Of a stretch of 64,000 bases of DNA, positions 27,290-39,523 are shown piece by piece (position 1 is the first letter of the stretch; the number at the start of each line of letters is the position of its first letter). Location: the NCBI GenBank assembly GCA_035221665.1, contig CM069162.1, positions 24,862,001 through 24,926,000 on the forward strand, given 5' to 3'. The position numbers and the translations under genes are program-made. The DNA is from Okamejei kenojei (taxonomy: Eukaryota). A model generated the notes under the pieces. It had not been told where the DNA came from and did no database searches. It worked only from the letters and a program-made list of their open reading frames with translations.

Positions 27290-27720
27290 TCACCACCTGC
27301 AAGGCAAGAGTTAGAAATGCGATGCAAGATTCTCCACTTGCTTGCATGAGTGCAGCTCCATCAATATTCAAGCAGCTCAAACCCATCTAAGAAACAACAC
27401 CCCTGTTGACTGGCACCCTGTCTGCCGATCTAAGCATTCACATCCTTCACCGCTGACACAATGTGGCTGCAGTGTGCACTGCCTACAAAATGCACAGCAG
27501 TTATTGCCCAAAGCTACTCCAACAGCACCTCCCAGTATGCAATCACCAGGACGACAAGCTCCATCTCTCGGAAGGTGTTTCCCCAGTCCCACATTACCCT
27601 GACACATCAGCATTCCTTCAGCGGTGCCGAGTCTTATTCTTAGAACACTCTAGCCATAGCACTGTGGGTTTACTTTCACATGAAGGACAGCAGGCAACTC
27701 ACCTTTTCAAGGCAAATACA
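27290..27720 (+). mobile_element. Old CR1/L2-group LINE 3' remnant (related remnants at about 29690-29990, 43680-44480, 50280-50520)
   Basis: caaggcaagagttag...tctccacttgcttgcatgagtgcagctcca pattern recurs at these loci. Confidence 0.6.
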
Positions 27721-29108
27721 AAAGGAAATAACTGGGTTAGCCACCCTCAAACTGCTACTCCTCCCAATATACCATCCTCCCCTGTTCCACTCTGTTCTTC
27801 CAAGCATTTCCTCATGTAAATTATATCATTTTTATTCACCACATTTCAATCCTTAAATTACCTGACATTAAAAAAAATCTGAAATAAAAGCATCTACTTG
27901 CTTTATCTAAGAATATGCATGTGAGAACTGCACCAAGGATGGTAAAACCTATGGGCCTTTTCCAAGTTACATCTGTTGTATTTAAAAATAAACCTTCATG
28001 TTCATTTTGCCTCAAACGCCCAAAGGTGTAGGCAGAAACAAGCGTTGCTCAGTACTTATCTTCGTTGCATCCATTACAAATACTTGGATAGTATAAAAGA
28101 AGAAAAATCACTGGGTGCTTAAATCAGGATCATATAATAGTCTGGTGTTGTGCTTGCCCCTCTCATGGTGCAAAGCATCAGACAAAGCACCACCGGGCTT
28201 AGATCTCAAATTTAAAATATTTTCCAACGAGAATAAATACTGATACCTTGATAATTAATCTTTAAAAATCTGTCAAAAGAGAACCAAAAAATAATTCAGA
28301 TAGCAAAATGCTCTCAATTTGTTGTTGTTGTTGTTCTCAGAACAAATTTATTGGAGCCTAGAATTTACGCATGCACATTTACGACATTTGGAATTGCAGT
28401 GAATTATTTGGTCTAATGTGCGAGTCATGTAGGTGAACAGCATAGACACAGGCCCTTTGGCCCACTGCAACTATGCAGACAGTTAAATAAAACATGCACT
28501 TTTAACTTCACACTGCTCACAACCAATGTACTATATCAAAGGTTTTGAATCTAGAATAATCAATAAACTATTGTTGGTTCAAATGCTACTTCACAAGATA
28601 TTGTAGCTGATCTCAGATAGGCCAGTAGTTGTGTGTTGCCATTAGGCCCAGCCACATTAGGGTTGTGCACAGGAAATAGTACAAGTACTACTCAGTTGTC
28701 CCCTCAAACAAAAAGAGTATGAACTAGATATTTGGCAGCCCTCTGTGGTATTGTAATATTACAAGAATTTATTCTTTAAGAGATAAAACAAAACTTGGAA
28801 AGAGGCATTGCAAATCAATCCCATGTAAAACATATAAAGTCCACTAACGAATGATCCTTAACATTTGCACTTCTCTACTAAATGATCAGAGGTCCTATGG
28901 ATATTCTGCTAATATAATGGTGACCTTAGCTTAATTATCAATAAACAGTCTGTCATTGTTGCAAAGATGCCGATCTACATTTCTTGAACCTTTACTGTAG
29001 AAGTTACTCATTGAGGCAGGATGTAAGAAGGAAGAGGAGGTGAGTGCTTTTTCACAATTTACAGATTAAAAATTGGTGTTACATTTTTACTTGTGTAATG
29101 AAACTCAC

Positions 29109-29195
29109 CTTCCATGGGTGTGTTTGGGTCTGGCCTATTAGCAAATACCACATCCACATACTCCAACTGTAACCGCTCAAGTGAAGCTTTCAGTC
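29109..29195 (-). CDS. KCNAB2: KCNAB2 exon [28 protein letters not shown]
   Basis: 87 nt, cag|...|gtgagt; beta-2-type KASLERL and PDPNTP. Confidence 0.97.
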
Positions 29196-30171
29196 CTGCC
29201 AATGCAGAATACAAATATTCATTAAAAACCGAAGGGCTTAATCCTGCAGAGATTTTTCCTTCTCTGGATGTGGGGCAACTGGCAGAATAAAGTGACAGTG
29301 TTGTACAGCAAGAACAAAACTATTGTCTGATTCATTTCTATGAGGACATTTAAGTTAGTCACAGCTGATGATTATAGAAATGGGTTAGTATAATGATGCC
29401 TGTTCCCACAGCCTCATCTTCCAATAGCAGCATAATGTTTAGCATAGAATAGCATGAAGTCAATTGTCTGTTCAGAGATAGACTGCTGTCTCATCAATTA
29501 ATCTAGTCATTTATATTTAAGTTCAATGCAGATATATGTTAACTCACCCATGAGATTACCATGACTATGTTTTCTCACTATCAGTACCCACCATGGGGTG
29601 GGGGTGGGGAGACGCACAAAGTCACCATTGATCAGAAGCTTAATTTGATCAGCTAGATAAGTGTTGCAACTACAAGATCAGATCAGAGACTGAAGATCCT
29701 GTGGAGAACGAGTCCCTATTTGATCCCCCAGAGCCTTGCCATCATCTACACGGCAAAGATCAAGAATGTATGGAATGTTAGATGAATACAACTCCAACAC
29801 TAAAAGTTCAACACCGGTCAGAACAAAGCAGTCTATTTGATTGTCTCTCTATCGACCACTTCACTCCTTTCATTACTGGTTGCAGTGTACAGCATCCACA
29901 AAATACACTGCAGTTATTAAACATGACTATTTGACAGCATCACCTTCTCAAGAGCAATTAGATATGTGCCATGAATGTTGATTTTGCAAATGATGACCAT
30001 CCTTTGTCTTTTTTCACTTCTCCCTGCTTTGGAATGCAACATTTCCGCTTAAATCAGATCCCAGTTTCTATCTGCCGCTCTTGACGTTAATAAGATCCCT
30101 GAACTATTTCATAACGAAGTCACTAACCAATTATTATCAGCAGCAACTTCTCCACCAGCATGATGCCCTAC

Positions 30172-30215
30172 CTTCTATAATGTGCTTTCGGGAGAGTCCC
30201 CTCTCAGTCTCCGCT
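30172..30215 (-). CDS. KCNAB2: KCNAB2 exon AETERGLSRKHIIE(G)
   Basis: 44 nt, cag|...|gtaggg. Confidence 0.97.
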
Positions 30216-31057
30216 CTGCAATAAGAAATTACAAACACAGGTTTTAAAAGTTACTCTGCACTTGACTAGTGATTTAGTCAATAAAAAATTTAGTAGTATT
30301 AAACCACAAACATTGGCAATTTACATGTTTGATCCCATATCCGTGCTGAGGTTACTGATCAATAGCAGGGATCCTATGGCCCCAATATCCCAGAATAGAA
30401 TGAATAATGGAATGAAGATGGTTTACACCCCTGATCACCATCTTGTATCTCCTACTGGTGACTGTGCATGTAGAGGTTTATACCTTATGTTTACACCTTC
30501 TACCCTACCTTCACACGTAGATTTCAGCAGTTCAAGAAGGCCACTCATTACCATTTTCTCTAGTGCTATCATGGATGGCTTAGCTTGTAACGTTCACGTC
30601 TAGCTTAAAGATAAAAATGCTAAAATTGCCTTATGAGACTCCCCTAAACAGTGCTGATTCAAAGACTAATAATATTGACAAGCTCTCTCAGGTGGAATAA
30701 AAATATAGCCTCCTCAGTAAAATCACTAATAATTAACACAACCTTAGTGATCAAAATGTAGAAATATCAAGTTTTTCCTGATTTCCTTCTGCCAAAAGAA
30801 ATGTATTATAGACGCACCAGCACTGCTACATCAAAATGTGCCGAGCCCTGTACTCACAGACATTCTGTATCCATCTTTGTTTACCAGACCCCACAGTCCC
30901 AAATTAAAGATTCATGGCCACGTTCCATGATTCAGTACTCTGAAAATCGAATCCTAAACTTCCCAGTCTTATTGGCTCTGCCTTCAAATAAATACTGAAT
31001 AACTTATCAATTACATGCATTCAACAGTTTTAATCATTAAAATATCTGGTTACATAC

Positions 31058-31102
31058 TTTCCACCCCAGAAGATTTTGGTTGTGATGACAAGGCTGGAAC
31101 GT
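31058..31102 (-). CDS. KCNAB2: KCNAB2 exon RSSLVITTKIFWGG(K)
   Basis: 45 nt, cag|...|gtatgt; TTKIFW is beta-2-type and includes the catalytic Lys. Confidence 0.97.
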
Positions 31103-31916
31103 CTGCAAAGAGAAAAGAGAATGTTGAGAAATGGTTTTGTCTAGTTTTGCATTTGAAGTTTTATGTATAGTGTTGCAAAGCTAATACAAAGGAAATGTTC
31201 ATACTCACAACACAGAACAGAACATTTCTGGCAACCTTAGATATTATTTGACAATGTATTGTGCCACATCTATTTAACAAAAAAGGGCTAGTTGCATGCA
31301 TTCCTTGGCTTGTTCTGAATCTCTAATCTGCTGGACATGCAGTACAATCATCAGCAGAATTATGGAAAGTGCTGTCAATTTTACTATCAGGTGATCCTTA
31401 CTCAATAAAAAGCTAAACCCAGTTTGTGTTTCCCCAAAATATTTCAACTTCTGACTTGGACTAAAAATATGAATTCCAGAGGTGGGATGAGGTCTTCTGA
31501 TTTATCCACCTTAATGTGAATCCTCCTTCTTCTTGATCACAAACTGCCCTTGCATATTAGTGTGGTGAGAAAGGTGGATGGTAGAGCTGATCCACCAAAG
31601 GGAGATGCTTCCACTTCTCTGTTCAGATTGAGTGACAGTTTTTCCATTTTAATGAAATGCAGTTAACTTTGTTATGGAATTGATGATATATTTATTCACT
31701 AAATACGAGGAACAAATAGCACTGCTGAGGAAGCTTTTTTTTGCTTGCTTTTCCTGTTCCAATTTTTCCACAAATAAAAATCGTCATAAACACTCAATTT
31801 AGAAAAATATATTACATTAGTGACACAAGTCTTATATGTTAAACTGCACGGTAATGTCATGGATATGTGAATAATTCCTCCTAATTCTCAAAACATCATG
31901 CTAAGAATAATATTAC

Positions 31917-31961
31917 CTCCATCCTTTCTTCTTGATAATGTTCCCCAATACAATTTCTGCC
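31917..31961 (-). CDS. KCNAB2: KCNAB2 exon AEIVLGNIIKKKGW(R)
   Basis: 45 nt, cag|...|gtaata. Confidence 0.97.
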
Positions 31962-32258
31962 CTGTGGAGAAAGAAGAAAGTGGGGTTTAATATATTTTAC
32001 ATGTTACTTGGATAAGGATGTTACTTTTTGTTTTAAAGATTTGTTTTCAATCTTAGCTATCACTGCTTTCATTTCCATTTCCCCTCCCTGATTCTCCTCA
32101 TACCCAAGATTTTCTGAACCTAAAAGTACCTAAGATTAATTATTTTAAATCAAAATATAATTTATTTTCAGGGTGAAACATAGTAATAATCATCCCCAGG
32201 TTATTTTGTACCACTGGATGCTCAGACCGAGCATTTCCTGCTCATCAGTCACCCTTGT

Positions 32259-32383
32259 GGGGTGGAAGATTGCCACCTTCTCGTGGTCCACCTGCTTCGA
32301 CGAATGCAATCAACCCGGCGTGCACAATCAAATAGAACAAGTTGTCCTACAACTTTAGGCTGTGCACACTATACGCAAGAAGA
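32259..32383 (+). mobile_element. Short non-autonomous retroposon (Ingi/Vingi-like 3' end) with 5' HDV-like ribozyme, copy 1
   Basis: TSD agtcacccttgtg (32247..32259) / agtcacccctgtg (32384..32396); ATACGCAAGAAGA tail; homologous to 36379..36518. Confidence 0.8.
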
Positions 32384-33349
32384 AGTCACCCCTGTGAATC
32401 GAAACAATTTCTTATTCTGTATAGGATACTCCATTTCCAACCAACACATTTTTTGAGCACTGCAAGGACATTTGGATATCTCTGTCCTAGTGAGTCCTGT
32501 ACTATGCATGACAGGGCAATATGGTCTTCCTATCACAGAAACAAACTGGAAGGCCTACCAGGTACTAATGAAGTAAGTACCGTAAGTTTGAATTAAGTTT
32601 CCCATAACAGCTGTCCACTGGCAATCTCACAACACCTATTTAGTAACAATTACACTGTACCTTGCTGACGTTATATTTTTGTAAAATAATTTCTAGCTTG
32701 ATGACTCACGTACTTTTGAATTTGAGTTGACTGCAACATTTTTCTCTGGCAAGTAGCCCATTCCTCAATTTGGAGTTTCTTGCCAAGCCTTTCCGTTGTT
32801 AAAACCATGGATCAAAGAGCTGATGGCATTGAAGGCAAGGCTTGATTGTTGAAGGGCAATTGTCTCATCATAGCAACTATTTTTTGATTAATTTTACCCA
32901 AGAAAATCCCCTATAATGTGTTCCCGCTTAATAAAAAGCAGTGGATTTATACTGATTAAAATCTTAATTTGCAATGTCATACTTGGTGCAGTACCAATAA
33001 TTATGGGATTTTTGTTTTCTGGCTGGCTGATTTTCAGCAAGATGCTACAATTATTTTCATTGCCAGCTTTAATAGATGTATTCAAGGTGCTCAACTGTGA
33101 AACAAGCAGATCAACCAGACCTAGTGACGGCTAATGAGCAATCCTATTGGGTAATTAGCATTCTCAAATCCATGGGAATGGTATCTACAAACTCAATTAT
33201 TTACTATCCATAATCTTAATGTTGGTAGCTTAGCTGCGTTTATATGGGGTTGCCTGTGCATGTGTGAAAGCGTGCATTAGAGTGCATGTGAATTACTAAT
33301 CCTTTAATTTTGAAGTCTGTTTTCAAAATGAACTCCAGATTGTTAATTT

Positions 33350-33603
33350 ATAGAAACATAGAAACATAGAAATTAGGTGCAGGAGCAGGCCATTCGGCCC
33401 TTCGAGCCTGCACCGCCATTCAATATGATCATGGCTGATCATCCAACTCAGTATCCTGTATCTGCCTTCTCTCCATACCCCCTGATCCCTTCAGCCACAA
33501 GGGCCACATCCAACTCCCTCTTAAATATGGCCTACGAACTGGCCTCAACTACCTTCTGTGGCAGAGAATTCCACAGATTCACCACTCTCCGTGTGAAAAA
33601 TGA
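33350..33603 (-). mobile_element. CR1/HER1 3'-end fragment
   Basis: (ATAGAAAC)n tail then ggtgcaggagcaggccattcggcccttcgagcc. Confidence 0.88.
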
Positions 33604-33786
33604 GTAGTAATTATAATTGGTAGGTATGACTACTGAAACATTACATTAGTGTACATGAAAGATTTTTAAAGACAAAATAGTCCATATAACTTTCTTCCTC
33701 TGGAATTTTAGCAAGGGCATGTTGTGCATGATGGGAACAACTATTTAATTCTTTCTGTGACCATCATGGCTCTGATCATATTTTAT

Positions 33787-33790
<4 letters not shown>

Positions 33791-33830
<40 letters not shown>
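33791..33830. repeat. (TA)20 microsatellite
   Basis: Perfect dinucleotide run next to a LINE 3' end. Confidence 0.97.
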
Positions 33831-33834
<4 letters not shown>

Positions 33835-33839
33835 TTTTA

Positions 33840-34445
33840 AATTTATTTTTATTAGAAGCAATTGTACAAGGATAAGATGATCGGCATAACAATTATACAA
33901 TTATTGTACAACTTCATTTTTAACCGTATAACCTAAATTTAAAAAAAAGAAAAACGAAAAAGAAAGGAAAACAAGGAAAGAAGAACAAAAATAGAATGAA
34001 GAGATGAAATAGAAATGAGCAGGAAAAAGACCCCTAAGCTACCAAAGCAGTGCAGAAGAGAGAAAAGGAAATAGGAAAAGAAAAGATGGCAATATATCTC
34101 CCCCCCCCCTCACCCATCATGGCATTGGATTTAAATTTAAATTTGTGTTTAACCATTCTGTTGTTGTAAAAATTCAGTAAATGGTATCCATGTCTTAAGA
34201 AATTGATCTGTTTTTTCCGCCAAGACAAGCCTAATGTTTTCCAAATGTAGTGTCTCGGACATATCTGTAATCCACATCTTCACTGTGGGGACTGTTGTGT
34301 TTCCAAAATTTAAGTATTAATTTTTCACCATTATTAGGCCGTAATTGAGGAAACGTCTTTGAAATATCGTTAGCTAAGAGCAGGCCTCTGACATACCTAA
34401 TATGATCAGTTTTATATCTGGGTCCTATATTTTTTTTATGACAAA
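33840..34445 (-). mobile_element. L1/Tx1-like LINE 3' fragment
   Basis: Minus strand ends in AATAAAAATAAA after a pyrimidine-rich UTR; remnant ...FLKTWIPF... C-terminal pattern. Confidence 0.55.
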
Positions 34446-35359
34446 GGTGATCGATCATTTGGCACATTGAGCAACTCCATCAATCCCATTCCCCCATATA
34501 TTTCCATGTAACCTATTCTCTCTCGCATGATTATTAATTCCACCAGATTCTCTTGCCACCCACTTGTAAATTGAGTCATTTATTGCTTACTATCCTATCA
34601 AACAGCAAGTCCTTTGGGTGTCATCATGTTTTCACACAAGTCAAACCTATTGCTAGAGAAATGTATCATTTGAAAATACCATAATGGAATAAGATTCCAG
34701 CATCTGCAGATTCTTGTGTCACCATTGTGATAGTCATTTTTTTAAAAATGTTTTGTGATCACCTCCAAAATTGCACAAGTAGAGAAATAATGTATTATAT
34801 ATAGTTCCTCAATCATTTTTCAATGCTTCAGTGATTTACAATCAAAATTACAACAGACATACAGTACATTGAGTGCTGTGCAGAACACTTTGCAGCCAGT
34901 TTAGGTTCTACAAGGGTCCATTGATTGAAACATATTCTTTCTATGCCAATGTAATTCAGGTGATGGTCAGCACAAAGCATTTTAATTTGGCAAGACATAA
35001 TTTAAAGGTAGATTTGAAGTATTTCTTCAATTCATTATAATCTCTGCTAAAAAGATTGAGATATTCATAACATTAACAGTTAGAAATACTTCCAAAGATC
35101 AGCTGAATGGTCTATGAGTACTTCTATTTACCAGTAAATATACTTCAATTAACAATAACCCAGAGAACAAAAGATAAAAATGGGAGCAATTTGAAAGATG
35201 ACTGATAACATTTTCATAATCCTCTGACAGTTTCTGAATACTTCTCTTTGTTTGTTTATCCTAAAATCTCAATCTCAGTAGCAATCCAGATATGTAGTTG
35301 CAAAACAGCAAGCTCTATCAATTATACAGAAGGTTACCTCATGTCTTGGCTAATGGTTT

Positions 35360-35560
35360 AAGACAAAGTGCTGGAGTAAGTCGGGGGTCCGGGCAGCATC
35401 GCTGGAGAACACGGATAGTCAACATTTTGGGTTGGGATCCTTCCTCAGTCCCGACCTGAAACTTTGAATATCTATATTCTCCAGATATGCTGCCTGACCT
35501 GCTGTGTAACTTCAGCACTTTAAATCTTTTTTTTGTAAACCAGCCTCTGCAGTTCCTTTT
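35360..35560. mobile_element. Inverted pair of Penelope-type terminal fragments
   Basis: aaagtgctggagtaa...gcagcatc versus atatgctgcctgacctgctgtgtaacttcagcacttt; related fragments at about 1700, 4200, 39650, 49800, 63870. Confidence 0.6.
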
Positions 35561-36378
35561 GTCTGGATAATGAATTAGATGGCCAAGTTTACCAACCATA
35601 CAGTGATAAATGGTGGTAGGCATTGAAGGTGAAAATATAAATTAGAATGAGATAATGGGGATGATCAGCCATGATCACATTGAATGGCGGTGCTGGCTCG
35701 AAGGGCCAAATGACCTCCTCCTGCACCTATTGTCTATTGTTGAGATTTAACAACTCTGTGATAGATCGATTTTGATGCAGATAAATATGAGACCAGTCAC
35801 TTTGCATTCAGCAAGGACGGGATGGACTAATTTTAAATGAGGAAATCTAGAATTAATGTCCAAACAAATTTAAGAGGTGCACCTAAATAGATAATGGATA
35901 CATACAGATAATAATCAATAGAAGTTAGTTGTGTGAATTTACTTGCTTCACAAATTAGCTGTGACCCCAGTGAACTGCAGAAAGACTCAAGGGGCTAAAT
36001 AGATTACTCCTGTTCCCAACTTCTTATGCCTTGCAAAATGTGAGTTAAACTTAATGTTTTAAAAAAAATTTAAAAAGTGTGGTGCACATGGCTTTAAAAC
36101 ATCACAATTGATCAAGAGACAACATTTGATGAATTAGCAATGTAATAGTAATTAAATATATTTTGCCTTTAAACACAACTATTTTGTGCATTTCTTTTGT
36201 TTTACTGCAATTCTCAGCAATTCTTTACATAGATACATAGACACATGGACAATAGGCGCAGGAGTAGGCCATTCGGCCCTTCGAGCCAGCACTGCCATTC
36301 AATGTGATCATGGCTGATCATCCACAATCAGTACCCCATTCCTGCCTTCTCCCCATACCCCTTGATTCCGCAAGCCCT

Positions 36379-36518
36379 TCTTCTTCTTCTTTCGTGTGGC
36401 GTGCACAGCCTAAAGTTGTAGGACAACTTGTCCTACTTGATCTTCTGTTTGTACACGTCGAGTTGATTGCATTAGTCGAAACAGGGCGGACCACGTGAAG
36501 GTTGCAATCTTCCACCCC
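36379..36518 (-). mobile_element. Short non-autonomous retroposon with (GAA)n tail, copy 2
   Basis: TSD ccgcaagccct (36368..36378) / ccgcaaaccct (36519..36529); minus strand ends CCACACGAAAGAAGAAGAAGA. Confidence 0.85.
36465..36518 (-). ncRNA. Predicted minimal HDV-like (CPEB3-type) self-cleaving ribozyme, 54 nt
   Basis: GGGGUGG-AA-GAUUGCA-ACC-UUCACGU-GGU-CCGCCCU-GU-UUCGA-CUAA-UGCAAUC: P1 7 bp with G1-U wobble, P2 7 bp, P3 3 bp, CPEB3-like L3, J4/2 CUAA. Confidence 0.75.
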
Positions 36519-37242
36519 CCGCAAACCCTAAGAGCTCTATATAAGTCTCTTTTGAATGCATCCAGTGAATCGGCCTCAACAGCCTTCTGCGGCAGAGAAT
36601 TCCACAAATTCACAACTCTGTGTGTGAAAAGGTTTTTCCTGATCTCAGTTCTAAATGGCCTACCTCTTATTCTTAAATTATGGCCCCTGGTTCTGGACTC
36701 CCCCAACATCGGGAACATGTTTCATGCATCTAGCATGTCCAATCCCATAATAATTTAATGTTTCTATAAGATTCCCTCTCATCCTTCTAAATTCCAGTGA
36801 ATACAAGCCCAGTCGCTCCATTCTTTCATCATATGACAGTCTACATGATTAAACAGGAAGATATCAAAGCACCATTAATTGGTCAACATGATTTATATTA
36901 TGATAGCGCTAAATAACACAATTTCATGAGATTTGTTAAGAAACACATTACAATATTTGAAGTAACCAGCAATAGTTCTCATAGTCCAGAGCTAAATACC
37001 AATTGTAAGAAGTGCAACTATAGAAAATGAATCAACTGTTAGGATGTCCCAGCACTGCAGAAGAGGAATAGGACAATTATTGTCATGAAAATTCTAGGCT
37101 GGATGCAACAAAGTTGGGCAATCCTTGTTTACTGAGTTATTAGGTTGAGAAATTATTCCAATTCAAAAATAAAACAGAACAATCTGCTTGATTCATGCAT
37201 CATGCTGTACTCTGCAATGATCATAAAGGTTAGATGACCTAC

Positions 37243-37322
37243 TTGCCAGCTGCATAAACCTCTGCAGTGTCAAAGAGGTTAATTCCATTCTCATAGGCCA
37301 GTGTCATCAGCTGTTCAGCCAT
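37243..37322 (-). CDS. KCNAB2: KCNAB2 exon [26 protein letters not shown](K)
   Basis: 80 nt, AG/GT borders; carries the aldo-keto reductase catalytic Asp and Tyr (DTAEVY). Confidence 0.97.
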
Positions 37323-37389
37323 CTGAAATGAGGGAGACAATAAAGATTTATTGAACACATTCAAGCAGCTCATAAAGACAATCACAATT

Positions 37390-38118
37390 ATACTTTATTA
37401 GCCAAGTATGTTTTGCAACATACGAGGAATTTCATTTGCAAAGTCAGTCATACAAATAAAAAGCAACGGAACACACAAAACACATTTTAACATAAACATC
37501 CACCACAGTGACTCCTCCACATTCCTCACTGTGATGGAAGGTGAAAAAAAGTTCAAATCTCTTCCCTTTGTTCTCCCGTGGTCAGGGGACCCGAGCCCTC
37601 CGTTGTCGAGACGATCTTAACTCCCATAGCCAGCAGTGTTTTGGCCCTCCGCATCGAGGCGAACAGCTCCTGCATCAGGGGGATGTCAACTCCCCCGTGC
37701 CGGCGGTCGGGGCTGGTCGAGCCTCTGCATCGTTGGAGCTTCCCGACGAGCCTCTCCCGAGACTGCGAGCCCTTGATGGTAAGTCCGCAGGCTGCGGTTC
37801 CAGTGATGTCAGGCAAGGGATCGACTCCGATGTTAAGTCCACGCTCCGCGATGGGGCCCAAGTCAGTCTGAGGAGGCCTCAGCTCCATCAATGGTAAGCC
37901 GCAGAGCGACTGGATAATGCGATCCGGAAAATAACCGCATCTCCGGTAAGGTAAGAAACTGAAAAAAGGTTTCCCCCGATTCCCACCCCCTCCCCTCACA
38001 TCACATAAAACAAACCGGAGAACATTTAGACGAACTTTTAACACACACAAAATTTTAAAAAGAAGAAAAAACAAACGGCCGATTGGCGGGGCTGCCAATC
38101 GTGCGGCTCCCCGCTGGT
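37390..38118 (-). mobile_element. Non-autonomous retroposon with a Rex1/L2-like 3' tail (related 3' fragment at about 57750..57935 on +)
   Basis: Minus strand ends ...aaattcctcgtatgttgcaaaacatacttggctaataaagta; GC-rich body; no recognisable protein. Confidence 0.6.
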
Positions 38119-38394
38119 AAATGCAATCATTCTGATATTTATCTTCCTTCTGCTACACAAATACACCATCTTACAAATTTATGTGCCTTTGGAAGGTTAA
38201 AGAGGGTCTAGATCTGAATTCCTCTGCCATGCATTTATTCGTGTTCTAGTCAGTTCCTAACCAAAGTTAGAAATGATCAATTGTTGTTCCTTTCAAACTG
38301 TTTCTCATTAGCTTCATCACCTATGGGGAAACTGTTAGTGTAACACACTCCAACATTACATGTATTGGCCTCTTTGATTTTCCAAACATTCCTC

Positions 38395-38688
38395 TTTAAG
38401 ACGGTGGGAGAACAAAGGGGGACCCGGTGTTGGGGGGGGGGGGGGGGGGGGGGGCACTCTAGATTTTGAATGCTCTGCCCAGGGGATAAGCCTGCGTTCA
38501 TTTGTTTGTTCGTTAGTTCCGGTTAAGGCGCTGTGCACACAGCAGCCAGCCAACAGTCGCTTGTCTTTTTCTTTTTGTTCTCACTTTTAATTTCAAGTTT
38601 TCATGTACCTTATTGTGTGTTGTGACTGTTGGCAAACGAATTTCCCTCCGTGGATGAATAAAGTTTTATTGTATCATATTGTATCGTA
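38395..38688 (+). mobile_element. 3' fragment of a non-LTR retroposon including a poly-G run
   Basis: ...caaacgaatttccctccgtggatgaataaagttttattgtatc tail; G run 38433..38454. Confidence 0.55.
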
Positions 38689-38921
38689 GGCTGCTAACTG
38701 ATCAAATATGGCTCTGAGATTATAGCAAGGGCGAGGTTTCAGACCATTGTTTTTGATGGCATTACAATGGCGCCTTCCACAAATACCAAACTACTTGCAA
38801 ATAGGATTTAGTTGATTGCCGCAAAGCTTTGATTGCTCCATGTTGTTAACCATTTCTCATTCAAGCTACCCATAGTAACATGGCACTTATGCTGTTTCAG
38901 ACTTGTAGACTAAACACATAC

Positions 38922-38959
38922 CTCATCGGTGATCTGTCCTCCAAAGGTAACCCATGTTC
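38922..38959 (-). CDS. KCNAB2: KCNAB2 exon (G)TWVTFGGQITDE
   Basis: 38 nt, cag|...|gtatgt; QITDE is beta-2-type. Confidence 0.97.
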
Positions 38960-39038
38960 CTGTAGAATAATAAAAGTTGAAGAACTTAAAACAATTATTT
39001 TCAGCTTATAAGAAAATTAAGTGGCAAAATAAAACACG

Positions 39039-39523
39039 TGTAGCGGCCATTTGGCCTGTTTTGCATGTAATTGTTGATGGCATGTGCCTTTAAATTTTAG
39101 ACCACCCGTTATATTGTGGGTGGGATTTATGACGTCTTTTTGGGCGTGTTTTGGGCTATGTAGCCTGCGCAGAAGTTTAGTTTTGAGTGTAGTTTGGAGC
39201 GAGTGAGGAGAAGGTTAACCCTCCGACCATGCGAGCCATAAAGGAGATCATGCGAAGTGTAAAGGAGACATGAGGAGTTTTTTTAATGTTTGAAGTAATG
39301 CACTGGAGTTCGATGAAGATTGTAGTAACGAGTTGGAAGAAATTTTGATGTATCTCACTGTTTTCTATCATCAAGACTGTTTTTAAGACTTATCTGTGAA
39401 GAAGCTCTGAAGGTCTCTGTGAGTAAGTTCGCATGCGTTTCGAAGACACCCCCCTTAACCATGCTCATCCATTTAGCGGCTAGAGAGTTGATTTCTCGAA
39501 AGATATGAAAATATGCCGCTACA
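39039..39523. mobile_element. Solo LTR (Gypsy/BEL-like), 485 bp
   Basis: TG...CA ends with a 9-bp inverted repeat TGTAGCGGC/GCCGCTACA; 5-bp TSD acacg/acatg (CpG transition). Confidence 0.75.

Larger units (their letters stand above)
36229..36841 (-). mobile_element. CR1 3' fragment hosting the ribozyme retroposon
   Basis: ORF 36410..36718 MFPMLGESRTRGHNLRIRGRPFRTEIRKNLFTHRVVNLWNSLP; tail at 36229. Confidence 0.9.

Noticed and set aside
35661-36330. Inverted CR1 tails forming intronic dsRNA
   Set aside because: Expected by chance given the copy number of this repeat.
37541-38098. Overlapping 97-181-aa ORFs on both strands
   Set aside because: They lie in a GC-rich repeat with few stops and show no recognisable domain.
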